Part shown: one piece after another, positions 26,601-40,000 of the stretch | How positions within the stretch are numbered: the stretch's first letter is position 1 | Layout: every line of letters begins with the position of its first letter | Assembly (NCBI GenBank): GCA_043228905.1 | Contig: JBHGNT010000147.1 | Coordinates: forward strand, 1 to 64,000 | DNA length: 64,000 nt | From: Azolla caroliniana | Lineage: Eukaryota > Plantae > Polypodiophyta | Direction of reading: 5' to 3' | Translations under genes and position numbers: made by a program | Notes under the pieces: model-generated | Seen by the model: only the letters and a program-made list of their open reading frames with translations | Database searches by the model: none | Told to the model about the DNA's origin: nothing

Positions 26601-28949
26601 AGAAGTAGAGGAAGCTGAAATCGGAACTGACCAAGACCCCGAATCGGATTCGGATGAAGAACAAATAGTGGAGCCGGTTGCCGAAGGCCAAAGATGAAGA
26701 TATCCCCTCAGAGAGAGAAGGCCCCCCCGGAGATTTCTGGATGCAGAGCATGTGCTGCTGACCGATGAGGGAGAGCCGGAAAGCTTCGAAGAAGCGAAGG
26801 ATGACACCCACAACCGCAAATTGTTAAGTGCCATGCAGGATGAGATGGATTCCCTGCATGAGAACCATACGTACGAATTGGTGGAGTTGCCGAAAGAAAA
26901 GTGGGCACTCCGAAATAAGTGGGTGTACAAGCTGAAGCCGGGAGATGCCGGAAATCCTCCAAGATACAAAGCTAGGATCGTGGTGAAGGGGTTCCAGCAG
27001 AAGAAGGGCATGGAATTCAATGAGATTTTTGCCCCGGTAGTAAAGATGACTTCCATTTGGACAGTGCTGAGTATAGCGGCAAGCATGGACCTCGAGGTAG
27101 AGCAGCTGGACGTGAAGACGACATTCCTTCACGGTGACCTCGAAGTGGAGATCTACATGTAGCAACCGGAAGGATTCGTGGAGAAAGGGAAGGAGCACTT
27201 GGTTTGCCTGTTGAAGAAGAGCCTGTACGGATTGAAGTAGGCTACCCGACAATGGTACCAAAAGTTCGACTCCTTCATGACCGACCAAGGGTATCAGAAA
27301 ACGCAAACCGATCACTGCGTGTTTGTAAAGAAGTTCGAAGGAGGCGACGTCTTGATACTCCTTCTGTACGTGGATGACATGTTGATCGTCGGACGGGACC
27401 AATCCAAAATATGGATGCTGAAGAAGGCTCTCAATCGTACCTTCGCAATGAAAGACTTGGGCCCGGCAAGACAGATACTGGGGATGCACATCATCCGGGA
27501 CCGGTTAAAGAAGCAATTGTGGTTGTCACAGGAGAAATACGTGACAAAAGTTCTTCAGCGGTTCAACATGTTAGAAGCAAAACCGGTCGGATTGACACTC
27601 CCGACAAACTGCAGACTATCCGGTAAGCAAAGCCCGAAGACGAAACCAAAGAAGGTGGATATGGTGAAGGTTCCATATGCCTCTGCTGTCGGGAGCCTAA
27701 TGTACGCAATGGTCTATACTCGGCCGGATATTGGATACACAGTAGGAGTGGTGAGCCGGTTTATGAGCAATCCCGGCAAGGAGCACTGGAACGCAGTCAA
27801 ATGGATACTCCGGTACTTGAAGGGCACTTCGAATATGTGTCTCCGATTCGGCTCCGGTAAACCTCAACTTGACGGTTTTACTGATTCGGACATGTCGGCT
27901 GATGTGGATACCAGCTGGTCTACATCCGGGTATGTAATGACATATGCACGAGGAGCTGTTTCGTGGCAGTCGAGGCTGCAGAAGACGGTTGTGTTGTCAA
28001 CCACGGAGGCGGAGTACATGACGGATGTTGAAGCCGGCAAGGAAATATTATGGATGAAGGATTTCATCGGAGAGCTCGGTATCCGACAAGATGAATACCG
28101 GCTCTATTGTGACAGTCAGAGTGCCATCCACCTTGCTAAGAATGCAGCGTGCCATTCTAGGACGAAGCACATCCAACGTAGGTATCACTGGATCCGGGAG
28201 CGAATAGAAGATCGAGAGTTCACGTTGACGAAGATCTACACGGACGAGAACGGGTCAGATATGCCAACCAAAGTACTGATACCCGACAAGCTGGATGCAT
28301 GTCGGAAGTGGATCAGACTAGTAAGACCTCCCATGCCGGAGTGAAGGGGGAGTTTGTTAGGAAACAGGTCCCTCCGGATGGGAAGTGAGAACCAGATGTG
28401 GAGTACCCAGCAACGGAAGACCCGGTGAGAACCGGATGTGGAGTACCTGGCAACGGAAGACCTGGTGAGAACCTCTCATTAGATGGAAGGGACATATATG
28501 TAAATATGTTCCAGAGAGCCCACCGGGGCTATATTTGTAAATAGCCCGAAAGTCATATTAGTATAAATATGACCTAGGGCAAGCTTAATGTGGATGTAGA
28601 GTTTGTTGTGTTATTGTTGGTGTGGCGATAATTCAGAGCGTAACTGTGTACAGAGAAGAGAGAGAGAGAGGAAGAGGTTGTTGCCTCTGTTGTAACCGCC
28701 TGGTGGCGAAGCGAGAGAGCAAGAGGTCGTTGCCTCTGTGCCCCATTGTTGTAATCTTGATATAGTGATATTTTGTAGTACGAGGGTTGCCGTGGTTTTT
28801 CCCAGATTTGGGTTTTCCACGTTAATATCTAGTGCACTCTCTTCCTTATTGTTTCGCCTGTAGATACATCTCACCACATCCTTGTTTTCTGTGCTTGATC
28901 CAACGTCTCGGTTGTGGCCGAGCATAGCAAGGAAACCGTATTCCTGTCA
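23698..28949 (+). mobile_element. Full-length Ty1/copia 'B'
   Basis: 595-bp LTRs at 23698-24292 and 28355-28949; perfect TSD CATGT; PBS TGGTATCAGAG (tRNA-iMet type) at ~24296; PPT GAAGGGGGAG; gag-PR-INT-RT-RH with several stops. Confidence 0.97.
24324..28344 (+). pseudogene. copia B gag-pol
   Basis: KLTGSNYSVWK, CFYCGKLGHF, WVVDSGA, LWHKRLCHMS, TPELNGLDERMN, LLYVDDMLI, LYCDSQSAIHL. Confidence 0.93.
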
Positions 28950-31900
28950 CATGTTATGCCATTCCAGGTCGCACACAATGGACTGATGCGAATATAACTT
29001 GCTGAACTGGCAAGCGGCACCAGTAAGAAAAATCGATACCCGTAGCGACCGAGAAGAGGAAGAAGAACGTTGGCATCGAGACGAGCGTTACCGGTCAGTA
29101 TAGGATGTCTGGTACAACGACAGAAGGGACACTTATGACCGGGACCGGTATGACAGGTACCGGGATTATAATGGTGACCGTTCTCATCATGATCACTCTT
29201 CGAGTTACAATCAGAGGAGAGAGGATCAACGTGGGGATTACGAAGATCGCTGCCAACAAGGATACAAGAATCACCGATGTTTTAATAAGAAATGAAATAA
29301 CCGAAAGGAGGAGCGTCGAGAACCGAAGAAGGAATACTGATGAGAGCCGGAGAGAGGCTTGAGTGGCACCCAGCCAGAACAAAGACGAATGGAAGAGCCT
29401 AATAGACCGGCAACGAGATTTCAACCAAGTACCGGGCCTAAAGCTGAATGTAGCAATACCCGGAAAGCGTATTGTTATTATTGCCGGCAGGAAGACGATT
29501 ACAGCAACCAATGCCCGGTGAAAAGTAACGAAAAGAGACCGGCAGTCAATATGGTGGTAGTATAGGTCGCCGATATACAACAAGTCACCACCAGGTCAAA
29601 AGGAAATATGACAGAGTGGGAAGCACAAGAGGCTATCCGGAAACAGGCCACCGAATGGGTAGAGAAGGCGAATGAACGGAATGCAGTTGAAGTCAAACAA
29701 CAAAAGGCGGCACCAGAGGAGCTCACCGACACATTCCAGTCAGAAAACCCAACATGGCAGGCGTTACAGGATTGTCAAATTATGTTGCCATTAGGCCGGC
29801 TACTACAATTAGTACCCTGGTTCACGGATGGGCTGAAATCGGCAAGAACACCACCAGACTCGTCGCCGGCTCTGGCTTTCTATTCCAACCCAGAGGAAGG
29901 GCCGGCGGTGGTGGACACAAGCAGTCCGGCAATCACTGCCATTGTCAAAGGACGCGAGCTACGAGGGACGATCGTCGATGGAGGATCAGACGTCAATGTA
30001 ACCAGCCTCCGTACTTGTGACACCCTGGGAATCCAGGAGTGGGAGCCTTGCCCGTTTTGGCTCTGGATGGCAGATACGAGTTCGGTAAGACCCACCGATT
30101 TAATATGAGATTTGGAGGTAACAATTGGAGGAAATGCATTCTTCATTTAAGCGGTGGTTCTCCAGTTAAATACCCAAGGGGCTTACCCACTATTGCTGGG
30201 ACGACCATGGTTGAGGATGGCGCACATTAAGCAAAACTGGCGAAAGAACGTGATTACATTCCGTCGAGGCAAAACCAAAGTACGGGTACTGACACATCCA
30301 CAAACCGGAACCGGCAAAGAGCTAACACCGTTATACGCTGAAAGTGTTAATATGCTGGAAGGGCTCGCCGATGAGGAAGTCGATCAGTATCTCGAGGATA
30401 ATCCAAAAATCTTACCTTTGTTCGAAATAGATATGGCCAAAGAAGTCTCTCTGTATATTGCACAACCGGAAGATGCCGGAGAGGAACTGTATAGAGAGGC
30501 TGTTAGAGAACTATGTCCAGCACAGGAAGCCTTGGAATGGGAAATGGCGGTATCTCAAAGGGTAAAGGCCTCCCAACTAGAGGAAGTAAACTTGGGAACT
30601 GGAGAGGAAGCACGACCAGTACATATTGCCAAAGAAATGTCACCGGAAAACAAAACGACAATGATTACACTATTGAAAGAATTCCGGGACGTATTTTCCT
30701 GGTCCGATGAGGATATGTGAGGGCTGGATCCACAACTATATCAACATCAGATACATCTCAGCAAAGACGCCAAACCGGCAGTACAAAGGCGCTACCGAAT
30801 GAACCCTAATTATGCGATAAGGGTAAAAGAAGAGATCGACAAGTTACTCTGAGTCGGTTTTATCCGGCCGGTTAAGAAAGCCACATGGTTGAGTCCGATA
30901 GTCGTCGTGCCGAAGAAGAACGGGAAGATCTAGGTGGGTGTGGGTCGATTACCAAAAATTGAATGCCGCGACGGTGACCGATGCCTTTCCACTTCCATTC
31001 ACGGATGGAGTTCTAGACGCGGTAGCCGGTCATGAGGTATATAGCTTCCTAGACGGATTCAGTGGTTACAATCAAATATGGATGCACCCCAATCACCAAG
31101 AAAAGAAGGCGTTCGTTACCAAGTGGGGTGTTTTTGTTGCCGTAGTGATGATGTTTGGACTCAAGACGGCGCCGGCTACCTTTCAACGGATAATCATGGA
31201 AATATTTGGAGAGTTCATCCCGACGTTTATGCAGGTGTTCCTAGACGACTTCGTGGTGTATAGCCGACAAGGGGAACACTTGGACCATCTCTGGTTATGC
31301 CTAGAGAAATGCAGGGGGTACCGGCTAAGCTTGAACCCAGCAAAGTGTGTGTTTGGGGTGGCTAGTGGTACCCTACTTGGCCATATAGTCAGCAAGGACA
31401 GGATAACAGTAGACCCGGACAAAGTCAGGGCAATCTTGGAGGCACCGACACCAACGACGGCCAAATCATTAAGCAAATTCTTTGGAAAAATCGGGTGGCA
31501 TAAATGGATGCTCTGGTATTTGGCAGATCTTGCAACACCGCTGCATGATGTGGTTCACCGGACATCGTTTCAATGGACGGCTATAGAGAATGACGCTTAC
31601 CGGGCGCTGTCGTGATAGTACAATTCCGGACGAGGACAAATGGCTAACGAACATGCATTAGTTCTTAAGCATGGGACTACCTCCGGAAGAGATGAACAGA
31701 GACAAGCGGAAACGATTGGCGGTCCAAAGCCGACATTTTTGTTTATTACGGGACACCCTATAGCACAAGGGAGTCGATGGAATATGGCGGAGAGCGGTGC
31801 GGAGCGATGAAAGAACACCATATTACGGGAAGCACATTGCGGAGTTGCCGGAGGACACTATGCCGGTGAAGTTACAGCAAGAAAGATATGGCGTAGTGGG

Positions 31901-33080
31901 CTATGGTGGCCAACGACACTGAAACATTCTGTCCGATATACGAAGGAATGTGATTTGTGCCAATGAATGGGCCAACCGACAGAACAGGCGTGGACACCTC
32001 ACCAGCCGGTACTACCCTTGGAACCATTTCAAAAATGGTTATTGCACCAAGTGGGTAGAGGCCAAGGCTTTGCAAGACAATACCGCGGCATCAATGGCGA
32101 AGTTCCTTTACGAGTACATCTGGTGCCGTTACGGATGTCCCATCGAATTAATTAGCGACCAAGATTGTCACTTCCTCGGTCAAGTAGTGGAGAGCCAAAC
32201 AACATTCTACGCAGTAGTACACAAGCGCAGTACTCCGTACTACCTGCAGGCCAATGGATTGGCCGAGTCCACCAACAAGACACTACAGAACATCCTCCAG
32301 AAGATCGTCAACGAAAACCGGACTGATTGGGACATGAAGTTCCACAACGCATTATGAGCATACCGGACGGCGTATAAAACGAGCATCAGGTCGACACCAT
32401 TTAGGTTAGCGTTCGGACTAGAAGCGGTGATGCCGATTGAGTTTCAAGTACCAAGCTTACGGATACAGGTCCAAGAACGACTGAGTGAGAAGGAATAAGA
32501 GAAAATCCGATTGGCGGCACTATGTGAGCTGGAAGAGCATCGGATAGCGAGTATCATGTAGTTGGAACTGGAGCAGTGTCAAAGGAAGGCATTCGTCGAC
32601 CGGCACCGGAAGGGCAATGAGAAGCTGTTCGGAATCGTCAAGCCGGTACTCGTGTTTCAAACCCGGATGGGTAAGGTGCTAGGCAAGCTACGGTTCCGGT
32701 GGACCCGACCATACTGGATCACGCGAGAATTCAACGGTTCCTACCAGTTAGGCATGCTGGCCGGTGAAGTACTGGACAAATGGGTAAATGGGTTCCGGTT
32801 TAAACCTTACTACGGGCCCATGCCACCAAACCCGTTCCATCAGGTGGAGACCGATGCGGTAACCGGAAGCGACACACAATTGGCCAGCAACCAAGAGGAG
32901 CCAGGGTTACCAAAAAACCGGGACTAATGCTTAATTCATTTTTAAAAAAAAAGAAAAAAAAGAAAAAGAAAAGTCATCATGCATAGGCGAGGAGCGAACG
33001 GGCACTTTGAAAAAGGTGTGTGGTTGGTGGCTAATTAAAGCTTCTTTAAAAAGCCACCATGTGTCAACTGACTGCTATAT

Positions 33081-33786
33081 TGTTGGGATTTCGGTCCCTC
33101 CGAATGGGATGTCCGGAGATGAATGACGGCAAGCCCGGTTGCGGTTACGGAACCGGAGGATGAAGAGTACCCGGCATGAAGCCGGATGAAGAGTACCCGG
33201 ATACGGAGTCGGATGATGAAGACCCCGGCTACGGAGCCGGATGATAAAGACCCCGGCTACGGAGCCGGATGATGGAGACCCCGGCTACAGAGCCGGATGA
33301 CGAATGTACCCGGAGAGAGATCCGGATGCGGGGACATATTTGTGAATATGTTTGCCAAGGGCCCTTGAGGCTATATTTGTAAATAGCCCGAAAGTCATAT
33401 GTGTATAAATATGACTTAGGGCAAACACTGTTTGTGTTGTTGCTCATTTTTCCTGTTTTTCCATTTAGAGGGAGCGAAGTGAGAGCAGCCGAGAGAGAGA
33501 GCGAGAGAGAGAGAGGGAGAGGTCGACGCCTCTGTGTAATACCGCCGCCTGTGGCGAGGATAGCGAGCTCAAGGTCGTCGCCTTGCAGATCGCCATTGTA
33601 TATTTCTCTGTGCATAGTTTTGGTTTGGAGTCTTGCACTCCCGTGGTTTTTCCCGTATAGGGTTTTCCACGTTAATCCGTGTGTTATCGTGTCTTTCTCT
33701 GTGTTTCCTATTTTCTGCTGCATTGATCCGTGATTTCTCGGTTGTGGCCGAGCGGTGAAGAAGAATCGGAGCGTTAATTCTCAACA
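33081..33786 (+). mobile_element. Solo LTR related to the copia B family
   Basis: TG...CA termini, perfect TSD TATAT, shares atatttgtaaatagcccgaaagtcata...tataaatatgac with B LTRs; ~26-bp tandem units (ggagccggatgatgaagaccccggctac) in U3. Confidence 0.9.
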
Positions 33787-33996
33787 TATATAGTACACGA
33801 CGTGCATGCATGGGAATCAAGAAAAGGTGCCAAGCATGGAGAGACAAAACCTCTGCCTCACAGAGTCCCTCTCATTTTGCGAGAACAGAGCACTAAGCGC
33901 ACACAACCAATTAAGAGTGATCAGACGAACGCAAGAGGAACACACATACATACTAATTCTACTAAGTCCCACAAACTCAAACGACGAGATGGACAC

Positions 33997-35165
33997 ATGG
34001 CACTCTCAGAAGCAGCCAAGAAATGGTTCAAGAAACACGGGTTGGAAGGGTTCCTAAGAATCGTCGATGCACCTCCGCACAGCGAGGCGGAGAAAGTGGT
34101 GCAGGAGATCAATACGGAGGTCATCACAGAGGAGGCCATCCGCGCCATGACCACCTTACCGAAGGGCGGAATATTCTCGATCCTTCACTGAGATGCTCAC
34201 GAAGTTCTTCGGTGAGTACTCCCTAGCTAGCAAGGCGTACCACACGCAAGGCGGCGAGGACGCTTTATTCCGAGAAGTCGCTCATGTGCTTCATGAGTAT
34301 GAGCATGTACACCCTCGACCCCCGGCTATGCCAAAGAACAGAGCCGGTTTGATTATAACGACTTATGAGGGAGTACAGGTGGATTGGCCAATGATCATAG
34401 CCTCAATAAAGGATGGCAAGAAGATGTGGACAGCGGTGGCGCAATTGCTCACTCTTTTAGCACTGCCGGTAGAGCCGATGCAGTCGAAGAAACGGGGGCG
34501 ACCGACTGAATCAACCCCCAACCAATCTTCAAAAAGGCAACAACTACTGGCTAAACTACTGATCGGATGGAATGCGGCCGGCTCCTCACAGAAGACATAG
34601 GAGCAGCCTAGTTGGAAGTGTATGACAGAGAAGGAGACACCGGTGGAACCACCGGTGAGACCGTTAAAAGTTAAGTTGTGCCGGTCCGAACAACAATCGG
34701 AACAAGCACAGGAGCAAGACCCCTTGGCGGCATTAATCAATAGTGGCACCCTAGCAGAGGAGCAAGAAGAAGAACCTCTCGAGTCCCTAGTACGTCGCAA
34801 ACAGACACGCAACGAGGGCCATAGAGGGGAGGAATCAAGTTAAGTAAGGGATAGTATACCAAAGACCCCGGCCCGAGGAGCTGCAACTAAGGAAGGAGTC
34901 AAAAACGGTTCAACCAGATCCGGTGTTAGTAGCACCTGTGCGGCAAGAAGGAATGGAACCGGTTGTTCAAAAATCGGTGATTGAATTGCCAGTGTCGCCG
35001 ACGCAGCAGCAACAACAAGAACAGGAACTACCGCTAACCTCCCAGAATAGCTTCCCGGCGAGTGGGGAAGCTACACCACGCCCAGAACCGGCACGACAAC
35101 AAAACACCGGCAACCAATGGCTATGGTGGATAGGAGAAAAGTGGCCGGCATGGGGTGCCACATAG
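33997..35165 (+). pseudogene. Extra sense ORF downstream of gypsy pol (unknown function)
   Basis: MALSEAAKKWFKKHGLEGFL...FGEYSL...VQVDWPMI followed by a low-complexity E/Q/P-rich tail; broken by stops and frameshifts. Confidence 0.6.
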
Positions 35166-35179
35166 AAGCAGACTTATGA

Positions 35180-36000
35180 CTCTAAGAGCTTACCATTTAC
35201 CCTATACTTGTAATATATATAAAACAATATATGTGTTGTTTTATTTGTAGTAGTATTGTATGGTTTAAACCATAAGCCATATAATGTACTACATGTGCAC
35301 CATATAGCATATTACATTGTCAAGAGAGGACTGGAACCAACAACATCTACCTTACAAGTCTCGAACCTTACCATTTACCCTATATCCATGATTTATATAT
35401 CTATGTATATTATATTATTTGAATTGATAATGTATAGTCTAAACAATGTACTACATGTGCACCATATAGCACACATGCAAGAGTCCTCTCTGCATGTGTG
35501 ACATATGGCCCACATGCAAAACCATCCCCTTCTTATAAAAGGAGAAGGGAGTATAGTCACAAGGATATGGAAGGAATTGAAATCGAAGAACTATATTGTA
35601 TGATATATCAAGAGAACCAAATAGAATTATATTACATAAGATATAGCATAAGATAGAAAGAGCAAGAGAAGAAGAAAAGACAAAAGAAGGATTGAAAAGA
35701 CAAGAGAAGAGCTAGCTTGGTGGTTGTGGTGCTCAACTTGTAATGAAAGGGTGGTGGTTCGATGATGACATTGAAGTGAAGATTCTTATCAAGAAAGAGA
35801 AGAGTGATTGCCTTGTGAGACAGAGTTCGAAGGTTCAATGACGCTTGCAACCATTTTGTAACTGTTTCATCAAATAAATATAAATTTCTTTTATTCCTTC
35901 AAATATCATTCTATATCCTATCTTGTCATATCTTGTTGATCTCTATTTACTCTATCTCTACTCTTTCGTCTCTTTCGTCCATAATCTTGGTGATTCCTTC
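35180..36000 (+). mobile_element. LTR-like fragment of unresolved family
   Basis: Antisense tRNA-like boxes (35319-35385), duplicated aatgtactacatgtgcaccatatagc, and TATAAAAGG at ~35534. Termini and TSD not established. Confidence 0.35.
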
Positions 36001-37049
36001 CTCACCGTTGTCATGAAGTTTCGCGTGCGTGTGTCGCTTGAACGGGACCGTCGGGGCCTTGAACTAGGGAGACAAAAGAAGCGAGGATACTGGGAGATTC
36101 TGATGTCAATGACATGGGGAAAATATACATAAGTGTAGATATAAAATAGGCTTTAAACAACAATTAGACTAAATACCACGATTTCGGTGGGGTGTTTTTT
36201 ACATAGAATTGGTTTCATGATTAATAAAAACAACTATGAATCAAAACGGGTTTTTATTTTCTTTAGAATTGCTAGGCTTGACACCACGATTTCAGTGGTT
36301 TTTACAAAAATCATTATGAAATAATCAAGGCTAAAATAGTCTAGCGAAGGCGAGTCTAGTGGACTCCGAGCTCGACTACTTCCGACGGCTATGTTGCGTC
36401 GATTCGGAGTAGCCCTCGCGCCACTACAACCTCCCTTCCGCAATCGGCCTTTGAGTTTACTACCACCGAGATGCCGAAAAAGCCGTTGTTTAGGAAATAC
36501 AAACCCTAAATTGTCTTGAGTAAGAAGTAGAATAATAGAAATAAACTAAGAAACCCTAAAATTCCAAGTTCTCTAGTATGATGAGGTAGAAAAAGCTTTG
36601 AAACCCCAAGTCTAGAAGGAAAAGAAGAAGGAGAAAGGGAGGCTACAAAACCCTAACCCAAGAAGAAGAGGAGAAGATGAAACCCTAGTGGCACACCCCT
36701 AGAAGACAAAATGGGCGACCCCATAGTAAGCCTTACTCCTCCCCTCGCGCCTATTTTAACATTACATGCTTTTTTTTCCCCTTTACCACAAAAATGGAAG
36801 GGGAGCAAAATACTCCTTAATTCATCACAAGAGAGACTTGACCATTACACCTCCCCAAGTATACTTATAAGCCCTAACCACTAAGCTACTACAACTTTAT
36901 TCTTATTATTATATTTTGATTCATACATTACTTTATGTGATGTGCGTGAAACTCGCTTTTTCTCACACTATACACGCCACACCACGACACTGTCACGATA
37001 TCTTTTGTCTACGCAATGTTACACTTCTTAACGAGCCATGCCACGACAA

Positions 37050-40000
37050 CAGCAAGAACAACAACTTGTACCCACTGAACGTAATCAATCCAGAGGGCAC
37101 AATCAATATAGTCGAAGTGTCTGATGCTACATTATGGCATGGCCAACTCAACCATATGTCTCAAGCTGCATTGGACCGACTAACGACAATCGGCTACATT
37201 CCAAAGCTCCAAGTGAAGACAAACTTCTATGAGCATTGTCGGTACAGGAAACGGACCCGAAGTCTGCACTCTCTCCATTCTGAGACGGTATGGCAACCCC
37301 TAGAACTAGTCCACTCTGATATTTGCGGGTTGATGGCCAAAAGTTCACTAGGAGGCTCCCGATACTTCATCATGTTCGTTGATGATTGCACCCCGAAAGT
37401 TTGGGCTTGCTCCATTAAATCCAAAGATGAAGCTCTAGAAGTTCTCACTCAGTGGCTAGCCAAAGCAGAAAATCGATGCGGCCATAAGGTGATGACACTC
37501 AGATCAGACAACGGAGGGGAATACACCACTAGAGCCTTCGAAAAGTACTAGTCCAAAAAGGGAATCTAGTATCAAAAAACAATTCCCTACATCCCCATGT
37601 AGAACGGTGTAGCCAAACGGATGAACCGGACCATCCAACTGAGGGTGATGGCAATGCTCCAGCATGCCAGACTAAAGCTAGAGTTTTAGGCCGAAGCATT
37701 GAATATGGCAGTATACTTGATCAATCTATCGCCATCACACACAATCCGGCTCCAAGTTCCACAAGCACTATGGTTCGGCAGACAACCGACCTACGATTGG
37801 CTTCGTACATTCGGATGCGAAACCTTTGCCTTTATTCGGAGGGAGAAAAGGACCAAGTTGGCGCCCCATTCGCTCAAGTGCATTTTCTCGATTATGAAAC
37901 CGATGGGATTTTCGGACATTGGCTATGGGATCCGGAAAATCGAAAACTGATCCGGAGCAACGATGTTGTTTTCAATGAAGACTCAATTCTCTTTGGCCGG
38001 TTCCAGCTAAAAATCGGCAAAAGAATCACATTCGATCTTTCCGAAAAGAATCGGATGACAACGAACCGATTATTCACTCCGAATCGAAAATTCGGCAAAA
38101 TGCCGAACTTGAATCGACCAACAACCCCCTTGTTGAACCCAAAGACAAAAGGTCCAACAACCAACTTCGAATAGGCTCAAAGATTAACAGAGCCCTATTG
38201 GTTAAAGTAATCACCGGCCGATTTGAACCGGCCAAAGCACCAACAACACAGTCAATCACTCCCAAAAAAGAGGCTCATCCAACAACAACGCATGACAATT
38301 GCCACAAACTCTTTACAATGATTTTTCAAAGCATGCCGATCGGCCGGACAAGCCAATTGAAGAATCTGAACGGACCATATCAACGCCAAGGAGATCCGGA
38401 CGAGTCCAAAAGACAACAGAGTTCTATCAACCAAGCCTGGACTACGTCAACTATACGAATGCAGGCGAACCAAGCTACTACAAGGAAGCAATCGCCGCAT
38501 CAGATGTCAACACATGGTTATAAGCCATGAGATCCGAGATGGACTGAACTAGAGAGAACAACACATGGGAATTGGTTGAACTACCATCTAGAAGGAAGCC
38601 GCTAGCTTGCAAATCGGTCTACCGATACAAATATGTATCTGGTTCGGACAAACCCAAGTACAAATCTTGGCCTATTGCCAAGGGATTCAGAAAAGAATAC
38701 GGTGTAGACTACGAGGAGATATTGTCTCCGGTAGTCAAAAAATGACAACCCTTCAGCTCCTACTCGGATTCATGGCAATAGAGGACATAAAGCTCGAGTA
38801 GTTGGATGTCAAGATGGCTTTTTTGGACGACGATTTGGAAGAAGACATATACATGTCCCAACTGGCAGGCTTTATAAAGACGAGGGAGGAAGGTCACCTT
38901 GTATGCCAGCTAAAGAAGAGCCTTTACAGCTTGAAGCAAGCGCCAAGAATGTCCAGTATAAGAAATTTGATACCTACATCCAGCAGCTTGGATACAGCTA
39001 GTCGAACTCCGACCCATGTATGTACATTCGGAAACTGGCCAACGAGTCCAGAATCTACTCGATCTTATATGTCAAAGACATGCTTATCGGCGGTAGTGAT
39101 AAAGCAGAGATCGGAAAGCTAGAGCGGAGCCTTCATGAAAAAATTTCAATGAAGGAACTTGGAGAAGCGTAACACATATTGGGCATGAGGATAGAGTGAA
39201 ATTGGGCAAAAAAGATCCTTCAGCTCTCCCAAACTGACTACATCCGTAAGGTGCCGAAGTGCTTCAACATGGAGCATGCGAAACTGGCACTGTCGTTCTA
39301 ACTATCGGACAAAGACTCTCCATCCACAGAGCGGAGAAAATGCTCATGAGTTGAATACCCTACTCATCGGCCGTAGAAGGCTTAGGTACGTAATGATGGC
39401 GACCCGACCAGACTTTGCCTATGTCGTAGGGGTCACCAACCACTACATGTCCATTCCCAGACGGAAGCATTAGGAAGGTGTGAAGAACATATTCTGGTAC
39501 CTTCAAGGCACCGTAGATTTGTAGTTGATTTTCGGATCGAACAATTTGACCGAAGTCGAAAACCTTACGGATTCTGATTATGCTAATAACCTTGACAAAT
39601 GGAAATCCACATCAAGATATGTCTTCACCTACGGAGGCGGCGCCATATGGTGGAGGTTGAAATTGCAAGATTGCACAACACTCTCGACAACAGAGGCTGA
39701 GTACATAGCCGCATCAAACACAGCCAAGGAAGTCATTTGTTGCACAGACTATTAGTTGACTTTTCAGCCAAGAGTCAAATTGACCCTACATTATGACTCT
39801 CAAAGCACAATACACCTCACCTGGAACCTGGTATACCATGTTGTTAGGAATCGACAGGCCACAACTAGTTACACGTTCATGTTCGTGTACAGAAGCCAAG
39901 AAGTAGTACATAGACAAAAACGTGAAGACATAGAGACACCGAAATTTTACGTGGAAAACCCGAAATGGGAAAAACCACGGGGGTCCAGAAACCCCAAGGA

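Larger units (their letters stand above)
22469..35165 (+). mobile_element. Non-chromovirus (Athila/OTA-like) Ty3/gypsy element, interrupted by copia B and a solo LTR; no 3' LTR seen
   Basis: LTR-like 22469-~22923 (TG...CA, TATAAAA, followed by TTTTTGGCG). Gag PFQYPKY..DPDTEAHV, knuckle CYYCRQEDDYSNQC, PR IVDGGSDVN, RT FLDGFSGYNQI/FLDDF, INT KWVEAKAL...ELISDQ...QANGLAE. The RNase H region appears deleted near 31620. Confidence 0.85.

Noticed and set aside
36500-36700. Interstitial telomere array
   Set aside because: Only scattered single AAACCCT(A) motifs, not tandem.
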